Source of the DNA: an uncultured archaeon
GTDB lineage: Archaea; Asgardarchaeota; Lokiarchaeia; Sigyniarchaeales; SOKP01
Assembly (NCBI GenBank): GCA_964632315.1
Contig: CAZWEM010000014.1
Coordinates: 26,779-90,778 of the forward strand
Reading direction: 5' to 3'
DNA length: 64,000 bases
The position numbers and the translations under genes were made by a program. Under the pieces are notes generated by a model that was given only the letters and a program-made list of their open reading frames with translations, was not told where the DNA came from and made no database searches. Below, in pieces: positions 40,476 to 48,631 of this stretch. Every line of letters starts with the position of its first letter. Within the stretch, counting starts at the first letter, position 1.

Positions 40476-41240
40476 ATTAAAAATACTGTCAACTATGGAA
40501 ATTGGGTCTCAAGGAGTGTAATTTCTTTTTTTCTAAGTGTCTTTTTAGTATTAATTTTACCTACTCTTTTTCCCATAGTTTTATTATTAAAAATAATTCT
40601 ATGGATAATTGCCGGAATATGGGTTTTACCATTTGCTTACATGTTGTATCTTTATTACTACTTTTCAACACAGAATAAAATGTTTCAATACGAAATGTGG
40701 AATTTTGTCATCAAACACCTACAATGGAATGGACAAGGAAGAGTACTTGAAGTAGGTACTGGAGCAGGTGGTTTAGCAATACAAATTGCAAAAAGATATC
40801 CTGAATCGGTTATAATGGGGATTGACTATTGGGGGAAAACATGGGATTATTCCAAAGAACAATGCAAAAATAATGCTATAATTGAGTGTGTGGGGGATCA
40901 AGTACAATTTGAAAGAGCAAGTGCTTCGGATTTACCTTATAATGATGGTGAGTTCGATGTGATTGTGAGTAATTTTGTCTATCATGAGGTTAGGGACACT
41001 AGAGATAAAAAAGAGCTCATTAAAGAATCCTTGAGAGTCTTGAAGAAAGGAGGATTTTTCTCTCTTCATGATACATTTAAAAATAAGAGGAAATATGGGG
41101 ATTTAGAAGAATTATTAAATCTTATCAAAGAATGGGATGTTGATCAGGTAAATTTCATCGACACTATTGCTGAAATTTCTATGCCCTCTTTGATTAAATC
41201 AGAGTTTAAAAAAATGGGCTTGATCTATGGAATAAAATAA
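40476..41240 (+). CDS. Membrane-anchored class I SAM methyltransferase; probable ATT start
   Basis: The frame extends 55 codons upstream of ATG 40641 (KNTVNYGNWVS plus two TM helices), bounded by TAG at 40470; GTGAT RBS; LEVGTGAG, GIDYWG, SNFVYHEV. Confidence 0.85.
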   Translation: MKNTVNYGNWVSRSVISFFLSVFLVLILPTLFPIVLLLKIILWIIAGIWVLPFAYMLYLYYYFSTQNKMFQYEMWNFVIKHLQWNGQGRVLEVGTGAGGLAIQIAKRYPESVIMGIDYWGKTWDYSKEQCKNNAIIECVGDQVQFERASASDLPYNDGEFDVIVSNFVYHEVRDTRDKKELIKESLRVLKKGGFFSLHDTFKNKRKYGDLEELLNLIKEWDVDQVNFIDTIAEISMPSLIKSEFKKMGLIYGIK

Positions 41241-41256
41241 GGAGAGTGTTTAATAG

Positions 41257-41796
41257 ATGTCAAAAAATGAAAAAAATATAAAAGAGAATGATAAAAAATT
41301 CCGTCTAAAAGATATTATTTTTACATCGATATTCACTATTGCTTTTATCATTCAATTAATCTTGATGTTTATAGTTAAAAATGAGTCAAATACACCACTT
41401 TTGTCGTATAGTGGATGGGTAATCTGGATAATCAGCCTTTACTTTGCTTTCATCCCCTTCTTTACATTTAAGAAACGAGGGGCTGTTGAAAAAGGAAAAA
41501 GCTATATTCATACATCGAAAGTAGTAAAAAACGGCACATATGCAATTATTCGCCACCCTCAATATTTAGCGGGAATTTTATTTTCCATCAGCATTACATT
41601 ATGGAATCCTGTTTGGTTTAATTTCATTCTAAGTGCTATAATTATCATTCTGACCTATCAATGGACTTACACAGAGGATAAAAATCTCATCGATAAATTT
41701 GGAGATGAATACGTGATTTATAAAAACAGAGTACCTCGACTCAATCCAATATTAGGGTTAATTATGTATTATTCTCGTAAAAAACTTGATAATTAA
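41257..41796 (+). CDS. Isoprenylcysteine carboxyl methyltransferase (ICMT/PEMT) family protein
   Basis: G.YAIIRHPQY, ED..L..KFG.EY..Y...VPR. Confidence 0.85.
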   Translation: MSKNEKNIKENDKKFRLKDIIFTSIFTIAFIIQLILMFIVKNESNTPLLSYSGWVIWIISLYFAFIPFFTFKKRGAVEKGKSYIHTSKVVKNGTYAIIRHPQYLAGILFSISITLWNPVWFNFILSAIIIILTYQWTYTEDKNLIDKFGDEYVIYKNRVPRLNPILGLIMYYSRKKLDN

Positions 41797-42014
41797 ATGA
41801 GTTACTTGGCCAAATTAAATAGATTTTATTTTCAACTACGTATTTTAAATTTTTTTTTGGTAACTAAGTAATTGAATAGTTTGAAATCAAATTATCCATC
41901 TATAAGGTGTAGTAGAAAAACAATCGCTTAAAAAATTAATTTCAAAAAGGAAAGTTATATTAGTAATATAAGAGAAAGTAAAATCATTAATTTACAGGTA
42001 AATAGTTTTTAAGC

Positions 42015-43118
42015 ATGTCAGAGAAAAATTGGTATAAAGTCGCGAAATTAATTGTAAGAGCAAGTGGTAATCCTTTATTTCAAGCTAACAAAACGTTAGT
42101 TGAACTATTACAAACGCTTTTAAACGAAGAGGAAATGAATTTTTTACTTAATTTCAGGAAACCAAAATTAAAATTTCAAGAGTTGAAAGAAAAAACTGGG
42201 ATGAATGATACGGATTTAATGTCGATTTTGAATTCATTGATGGATAATGGATTTATTATGGATGTTCCCATTGAAGGCACAGATATCATGGAATATCGTT
42301 TATTACCTCCTGTTGCAGATACTTTTGAATATTCTTTAGTAAAATTTGATCGTCCACTTGAAGAAAAGAAAAAATTGGCAAAAATTTATGAAAAAATGTT
42401 TCAAGAGGCGACTGAGTTAACTCAAACGAATTATGAGGGAATTTTATCCATTTTCAAGGAAAGAATGCCTATTTATGCTCGGATTATTCCCATCGAGAAA
42501 GAATTAACAGTACCTCAAGAAAAAATATTACCTTTACACGAGGCTTCTAAAATCATAGATCAGCAAGATGTAATATCCCTCTCTGAATGTCCTTGTAAGC
42601 TTGAAAAAGCCCTTTTAAATGATCCATGCAAAACTGCTAGTGATATTTTTCGGTGCCTTCATTTTGGAAATATTGGCCGATATTTTATTGAACATAATCT
42701 TGGAAAATCAATTACAAGAGAAGAAGCAAAAGTTGTATTAAAAGCAGCAGAGGAAGAAGGACTTGTTCATAAAACTTTTCACGATGACTTTAGTTTTGAT
42801 AAAAAAGAGAATTCGATATGTAATTGTTGTAAGTGCTGTTGCATACTTTTCCAAAGCTATTATCGTGGTATTTTTCCGTTTCACACCATAACATCTTACA
42901 TTGCGAATTTAGACGAAGAGAAATGTAAAGGTTGCGGAATTTGCGTAGAAAAATGTCCTATCGAGGCGTTATCTTTAATAGATGGTAAATCTCATCTTGA
43001 TGAAAGCAAATGTATAGGATGTGGAGTATGTGTTCATCATTGTCCTGAGAATGCAAGGTCTTTAATTCGAACAGAACAAAGAGAAATCTATCTCCCTCCA
43101 CCAGTGATTAAATCTTAA
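42015..43118 (+). CDS. 4Fe-4S dicluster protein with N-terminal winged-helix-like region
   Basis: CPCK...C...C, GLVH, ICNCCKCCC, CKGCGICVEKCP, CIGCGVCVHHCP. Confidence 0.9.
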   Translation: MSEKNWYKVAKLIVRASGNPLFQANKTLVELLQTLLNEEEMNFLLNFRKPKLKFQELKEKTGMNDTDLMSILNSLMDNGFIMDVPIEGTDIMEYRLLPPVADTFEYSLVKFDRPLEEKKKLAKIYEKMFQEATELTQTNYEGILSIFKERMPIYARIIPIEKELTVPQEKILPLHEASKIIDQQDVISLSECPCKLEKALLNDPCKTASDIFRCLHFGNIGRYFIEHNLGKSITREEAKVVLKAAEEEGLVHKTFHDDFSFDKKENSICNCCKCCCILFQSYYRGIFPFHTITSYIANLDEEKCKGCGICVEKCPIEALSLIDGKSHLDESKCIGCGVCVHHCPENARSLIRTEQREIYLPPPVIKS

Positions 43119-43171
43119 CTTCCTGCAGTTTAAGAATATCAAAAAATGAAATTATAACACAATTCCTTCAA

Positions 43172-43543
43172 TTAAAAGAAAATATTCAAAATTACCAAAC
43201 TCAGTGAGCTAATGAGGATTATACCAAACATGATCACAAATGTCGATTGCTTTTTTTGTGCGTAATATCCAGCGGAATTAATTACGGCATAGATCACTAG
43301 TCCCATAGCAAGAATAAAGACTAAAGGCGCCCAGGAGAAACCTATAAGAAGAAAAATTCCACTGAAAATGGATAGAATACCCATACTTAGTTCAGCTGCA
43401 ATATGGAATTTTATTGCTACTGGCTCAGTTCGTAATTCTGGCGCTTGATTAGTTAGAATTAACATGCTCCAGAGTCCTACAATTCCTATACCAATAACTA
43501 TTGCATAAATTCCACTTATTATTAGAATCACTTTTAAAATCAC
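43172..43543 (-). CDS. Small membrane protein
   Basis: 4 TM helices; FHIAAE, NSAGYY. Confidence 0.75.
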   Translation of the reverse strand: MILKVILIISGIYAIVIGIGIVGLWSMLILTNQAPELRTEPVAIKFHIAAELSMGILSIFSGIFLLIGFSWAPLVFILAMGLVIYAVINSAGYYAQKKQSTFVIMFGIILISSLSLVILNIFF

Positions 43544-43745
43544 ATCATTTTACTTCTTAGCTGATGTAAATAAACGCTTGGTTCAATAAAAAATTTTTTA
43601 ACATAATTTGTTTTAATTTAAATAAAATTTAGTGTTGATATCGTTCAAAGGATATAATTTAAAATACTAAAGAGGTTAAAGATATATATTACTCAAATGT
43701 TATTGTGGTGTAATCTAAATTTCTTTCTTAGACATTATTCCGAGT

Positions 43746-44612
43746 TTGTTTGGTTATGCAATGTTTATTTTAGCGCTAATTCATGCTTTTTTTGATGCGA
43801 AAGAGAATCGTATTCAACGTTTCTTGATGCTAATTACTTTGTTTGTTTATGGTTTTTTATTGGAATATATGGGAGTAATGAGTGGTAATTACCATTATGC
43901 ACCAGAACTAATCATGCTTTTTAAAGTAATTCCGTTGTCTGTTACTTTTTCATGGGTTGGGATTATTTATAGTGTAATGTTAATTGGAGATCTACTAAAT
44001 CTACCATCCTGGCTAAGAATTATAACATCTACTTTAATCGCTTTAAGTTTAGATTGGGGAATGGATCCGATCGCTGTTGATTTGGGTGCTTGGACCTGGG
44101 ATTATGAAGGAGAATATTTTGGAGTGCCAGGATTCAATTTTATTGGATGGTTTTTCATTCCAATAGCTTACTTGCTGCCCTATGAATTGAATTGGAACAC
44201 CAAGTCAAAGAAACTCCAGCTTCTCAAGATAAAGCAGATAGATTCAAATCGAACTTGGACTCGAAAATTATATACTCTCTTAATAGTTGTTCCTATTGCT
44301 GCTGGGATTTTAATCTTAGTAGGTATAATTTCAAGAATCCCATTTCTTTATAATCTTAATCTAATAATTATTATAATCTGGATTATTCTTACGGTATCAA
44401 TCTCAACTGGGATGATTTTCTGGAAACGGGAAAACTTACGACGAAAAAGATGGTATGATATTATCCCCCCAATCATATTAGTGTTATTGGTTATTAATTT
44501 TACTTCTTTTGGATTCTTAATTGGACGGTATGACTTAGCTGCGTTAATGCTGATAATATCCATTCCTCTATGGAGTATTCTAGGTTTGACATTAGTCAAA
44601 TACACTGAGTGA
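43746..44612 (+). CDS. Carotenoid biosynthesis (CruF/DUF422-like) membrane protein
   Basis: LEYMGV..G.Y.Y, IPL...SW, DWGMDP.AV..G.W.W, GVP.FNFIGW; may start at ATT 43719. Confidence 0.75.
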   Translation: MFGYAMFILALIHAFFDAKENRIQRFLMLITLFVYGFLLEYMGVMSGNYHYAPELIMLFKVIPLSVTFSWVGIIYSVMLIGDLLNLPSWLRIITSTLIALSLDWGMDPIAVDLGAWTWDYEGEYFGVPGFNFIGWFFIPIAYLLPYELNWNTKSKKLQLLKIKQIDSNRTWTRKLYTLLIVVPIAAGILILVGIISRIPFLYNLNLIIIIIWIILTVSISTGMIFWKRENLRRKRWYDIIPPIILVLLVINFTSFGFLIGRYDLAALMLIISIPLWSILGLTLVKYTE

Positions 44613-44654
44613 ATATACCAATGAAATAGTTTAAATGCAACAAAAAGCAATACA

Positions 44655-45302
44655 CTATATTTTTTTTCCTACAGCTGCTATCCAACCTTTATTCATTTCT
44701 TCAAAGATTTGAATATTTGAAAATCCTGCTCTACTTAAAAAATCACGGTATTGGTTAGGACTATGAATTTCAAAATTTCCTAATCTTGCCCACTCTTCAG
44801 CATTTTTCCTTTTCTTTTGATTCTCACATAAATATCCTTCATTAACTAGAATTAATTCTCCATTTGGTTTGATAGTTCTATAAATCTCTTTTAATGCCTC
44901 TGGTAAATTTGGCCAAAAGTAATAAGCTTCGAAAGCACTTACTAAATCAAAAAAATTTTCATTGAAGGGTAAAGAGGAAACTGAAGCCTTATATATCTCG
45001 ACTAACCCTTTTTCGACATAGTTTATATTCAACTTTTTACTTACTGATATTGCACTCTCTGAATAATCAATTCCGTATATCTTTCCATCTGTAGCTATAT
45101 TAGCGAAACGCTTGATATTTGACCCTCCACCACATCCAATGTCTAATATATAAAAATTTGACTCTACATTTATATTAGAAAGACCCCAAATAGCCAATTT
45201 CGCGTGCCCTTTATTCATTCCTTTTGCTATAACTATTCCAAGACGTCCAGTTGGTTTTCTTACCTGATTAACTATCTTTTGTTTAAATCTCAGATTGATC
45301 AT
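44655..45302 (-). CDS. Class I SAM-dependent methyltransferase
   Basis: Q.RKPTG, LDIGCGGG, GIDYS, FEAYYFWP. Confidence 0.9.
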   Translation of the reverse strand: MINLRFKQKIVNQVRKPTGRLGIVIAKGMNKGHAKLAIWGLSNINVESNFYILDIGCGGGSNIKRFANIATDGKIYGIDYSESAISVSKKLNINYVEKGLVEIYKASVSSLPFNENFFDLVSAFEAYYFWPNLPEALKEIYRTIKPNGELILVNEGYLCENQKKRKNAEEWARLGNFEIHSPNQYRDFLSRAGFSNIQIFEEMNKGWIAAVGKKI

Positions 45303-45404
45303 CTTTATTTGATGTCATTATTTTTTCCTTATTTCTTATAATTGAATTTTAATCTATAATATATTAAATAAAAAAGTAGCAGCTAAAACGAGTTTTATAA
45401 TTTA

Positions 45405-45917
45405 CTATATTCGATTTAACATCAATTTCGTCAAGTTTTTAAAAGAGGTCTCAACATTTTTACCCGTTTTACTTGAACATTCATTGAAAAGATTTAATCT
45501 CATCATTTTAGCGGTTTTCTTAGCGTGTTCTGAGGAAACTTCTCTTAATGCTTCTAAATCAGATTTACCACCAAGTAGAAGGATTGGAAATCTGCTTTTA
45601 GCACCATTTATGATCGATAGCCAGTTTGCTACATGTAAAAAGGAAGAATGATCTGTAATATCATACATTAAAATTCCTCCTTTTGCCCCTGTGATGTAAT
45701 GCGGGAAAGTAAATCGAAATCTTTCTTCTCCTGCAAAATCCCAAATCATTAACTTAACACATTTTCCATCAATTCTTATCGTCTTATATTGAAAATCAAC
45801 TCCAATCGTCATAATACTATCCGGCATATAAACATTAGACATGAAACGTTTTGCTAATGTAGTTTTACCACAACCAGCATCACCAAATATTACTAATTTA
45901 AGAATTGAATTGTTCAT
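45405..45917 (-). CDS. Rab-like small GTPase
   Basis: GDAGCGKT, TIGVDF, WDFAGEERF, GKSD, ECSSKTG. Confidence 0.92.
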   Translation of the reverse strand: MNNSILKLVIFGDAGCGKTTLAKRFMSNVYMPDSIMTIGVDFQYKTIRIDGKCVKLMIWDFAGEERFRFTFPHYITGAKGGILMYDITDHSSFLHVANWLSIINGAKSRFPILLLGGKSDLEALREVSSEHAKKTAKMMRLNLFNECSSKTGKNVETSFKNLTKLMLNRI

Positions 45918-46188
45918 AATTTTCTTATATTTTTTAGATTATATTGGAACTGTTAGCCGAACCTAAATTTTGATTTATGATTCTTTCCATTTATGTAAAA
46001 AATGGTGCAAAAATATAAGAAACAAAACTTTTATTTAAATATTTTTGATCTGCATAGCCAAATAATTTGGTTTTAAGATTAGGTTCATCAAAACTCTAAA
46101 ATATGACAATTTTTATAATTCGATTCATTTTTTTCACAAGAATTGAGGGAAAAAAGTAATTATTTATTATCATATCAAAACATTCAAT

Positions 46189-47445
46189 TTAATCTTTGAT
46201 ACCATGCACAAAAATCATGGCTTTTTGCCCTACATCGCGACCTTGATCGTGATTATCTGCCCATGAATATGAAACCTTCCAACCATTAGCCTTAAAAAAT
46301 GTAGGAATGTTTTTTATATTAATGGCCCACTTTATATGCCTCGTAAATGGTCCTGAACTCATGTCATTTATATAAAAGGGGAACCATCTTGGAATATGCA
46401 TTAGATCTACGAATATCTGACTATCTGCTGTACTGATTTCTGCTGCTTGTTTGAGTATGGTTTTTACGGATTCTTGTTCAATATAATAAGCAATTCCTTC
46501 TAATATCCAAAAAGTAGGTATTTTATTTGAGAATCCTCCTTTGACTAAATTCTGACTCAAATCAGAATCAGAAAGGTCTACTGGTAAACGCTTTACCCTA
46601 CATAATGGCTCAATATGTCTTAATTTATCTTCCTTATATTTAATTATAGGGAAAAGATCGATTTCAAAAACTATATGGTTATTTTGTTGGAGTGGTCTGA
46701 ATCGATATGCTCTGGTATCTAATCCTGCTCCCAATAAAACTATTTGGGAATATTTCTTTGAATCACACCAATATTTTAATAATTTTTCTTCAATAAAATA
46801 TGAGCGTACAATAGGATAATCCATCTTAGATACTCTAATGTGTCTACTAAGATAGTCAGACAAGTCACCCGCAAGAATATCAGCAAAAGGGTCAGAAATA
46901 AGAGGGGTTTCTTTCCTACTTTCTTGAGCACGATAATAGGCCATTAAACGAGCAGTAAATGGAATATCCGTTTCATCATGTTTTATCTCCCCTCCAATTA
47001 CTTTATTCCTTTTTAAAGATCTTAGACCATTATAATTAGCTTTTTGGTTTAGCTTAAGGTTTTCATTAAAATTTGACTTACGTTGTTTTAAAGTTGTTAA
47101 TACTTTTAACATCTCTACAGTCGTAAAGGGAATTATTCCATCGGGTTCGATAATGGCTATCATCATTTTTTTCCCCTCTTTAACCCCAACTATGTGTCCT
47201 TCTCCTATTGATGAAGAAGCAATAAATCGATTATTAATGTTCACTCTGACTAAGTATTTCATCTCATTAATATCGAATGATTCTCGTCTCATAGATGACC
47301 AAATTATACCAATCTTTCGGAAATTCTCTCTATCTTCAACATTGTCTATTGAATATATGTTTTTTCCATCTAAAATTGCGACTGAATTAATGAAGGGCAA
47401 ACTTTTCTTCAGATTCAATATTAAATCCTTGTAGTTAAATGACAT
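46189..47445 (-). CDS. Fusion of a profilin-like N-terminal domain and an LCM/Ppm1-type (COG3315) SAM-dependent methyltransferase
   Basis: N-terminus: SVAILDG...IWSS...FDINEMKY...RFIASSSIGEGHIVG...IAIIEPDG. C-terminus: TARLMAYYRA, DPFA, QIVLLGAGLDTRAYR, FEID, PTFWILEG. Probable start MSFNY at 47445. Confidence 0.8.
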   Translation of the reverse strand: MSFNYKDLILNLKKSLPFINSVAILDGKNIYSIDNVEDRENFRKIGIIWSSMRRESFDINEMKYLVRVNINNRFIASSSIGEGHIVGVKEGKKMMIAIIEPDGIIPFTTVEMLKVLTTLKQRKSNFNENLKLNQKANYNGLRSLKRNKVIGGEIKHDETDIPFTARLMAYYRAQESRKETPLISDPFADILAGDLSDYLSRHIRVSKMDYPIVRSYFIEEKLLKYWCDSKKYSQIVLLGAGLDTRAYRFRPLQQNNHIVFEIDLFPIIKYKEDKLRHIEPLCRVKRLPVDLSDSDLSQNLVKGGFSNKIPTFWILEGIAYYIEQESVKTILKQAAEISTADSQIFVDLMHIPRWFPFYINDMSSGPFTRHIKWAINIKNIPTFFKANGWKVSYSWADNHDQGRDVGQKAMIFVHGIKD

Positions 47446-47670
47446 TATGACAATAATTCTATTTATAACTGGGTATAAAGATAATATGTGATTATCACGA
47501 ATTAAATTCAACTGAAAATTTCAAAATTAATTAGTAGGTAATTGATGTTCGAAAAGTCAATTTCCCTCTCAAAATACTCAAGAAGAAGTATCTATATGAA
47601 AAAAAATAAGTTCCACTGCTTATAGATTAATATAGAAAGCTTTTTATCATATTTAGAATAACTCTATTCA

Positions 47671-48546
47671 ATGCAAATTCCCGGATTTTCAGAATTTAAA
47701 GCTCATTTACCCGACTTTACTGATAGACAAGCTAAATTAGTTGTAGCAAGGTTAGGAATAGTTTCAATCGTTTCTTTATCTATTGCTTTTTTACTAGATA
47801 ATTTAATGAGATTATTATATCTAATAGATCCATCTAATATTTTTATGATATTAGAACCTCTAATCCCTATTATCTTACCGATGATTTTAATTTTAGGAGG
47901 AATTCTTTTGGCTCAAATTGGATTTTTTAGGAAGAATCGATTAATTGAAAAATATAATGTTCGAGCTTACCAAAAAGTGGTAAAATACATTTTTACCGGA
48001 ATCCCAATGGTCTTCGGAGGCATCTTTTATGCCTATATTCCACATGCACTTTCATTTTTCGGTATGCATCCGATTAACTCTCTTACTACTCAATTATCAA
48101 CTTCACTGTTTTACTTATTTTTCGGAGTTTCTTGGGAGATGATTCCAAGGATTATTATTGGATTAGTTATATTACTCTTGATGATTGGAACTATGGCTAG
48201 ATCTGTAAGAGACTTTGGAATAGATAATGCGGGTTTAGTTTACGTATATTACCCTGAAGATGCGAGAGTGATTCAAAATGATATTTATTCCATTGTTCGA
48301 CATCCAATGTACATGGCTTTGATTTTTATCAGTGTAGGTGGCTTTATTTTTCAATTCACGATTTATAGCATAATCCATGTATTTATAACTATTGTCTTTT
48401 TCTCATATCATATATTTATTGTCGAGGAGAGGGAATTAAACAGGCGGTTAGGCGATTCTTACAAGGAATACAAGGCGAAAGTACCTGCCATATTAATAAA
48501 ACCAAAAAATTGGCTACGATTTTTTAAATTTATTATTGGAAGATGA
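47671..48546 (+). CDS. ICMT/PEMT-family membrane methyltransferase
   Basis: IYSIVRHPMY, EEREL..RLG..Y.EY..KVP; extra N-terminal TM helices. Confidence 0.85.
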   Translation: MQIPGFSEFKAHLPDFTDRQAKLVVARLGIVSIVSLSIAFLLDNLMRLLYLIDPSNIFMILEPLIPIILPMILILGGILLAQIGFFRKNRLIEKYNVRAYQKVVKYIFTGIPMVFGGIFYAYIPHALSFFGMHPINSLTTQLSTSLFYLFFGVSWEMIPRIIIGLVILLLMIGTMARSVRDFGIDNAGLVYVYYPEDARVIQNDIYSIVRHPMYMALIFISVGGFIFQFTIYSIIHVFITIVFFSYHIFIVEERELNRRLGDSYKEYKAKVPAILIKPKNWLRFFKFIIGR

Positions 48547-48631
48547 TAATATAGTAAGATATTTGATTCTAAACAAAAACGTAAAAGAATTATAACAATA
48601 ATTACTTTTGTTATAAAAAATAAAAAAGAGA

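Noticed and set aside
31460-48546. A complete eukaryote-like CAAX processing pathway (CPBP proteases + ICMT + GTPases)
   Set aside because: None of the three GTPases has a C-terminal Cys and no protein prenyltransferase is present; CPBP and ICMT-like families are widespread in prokaryotes.
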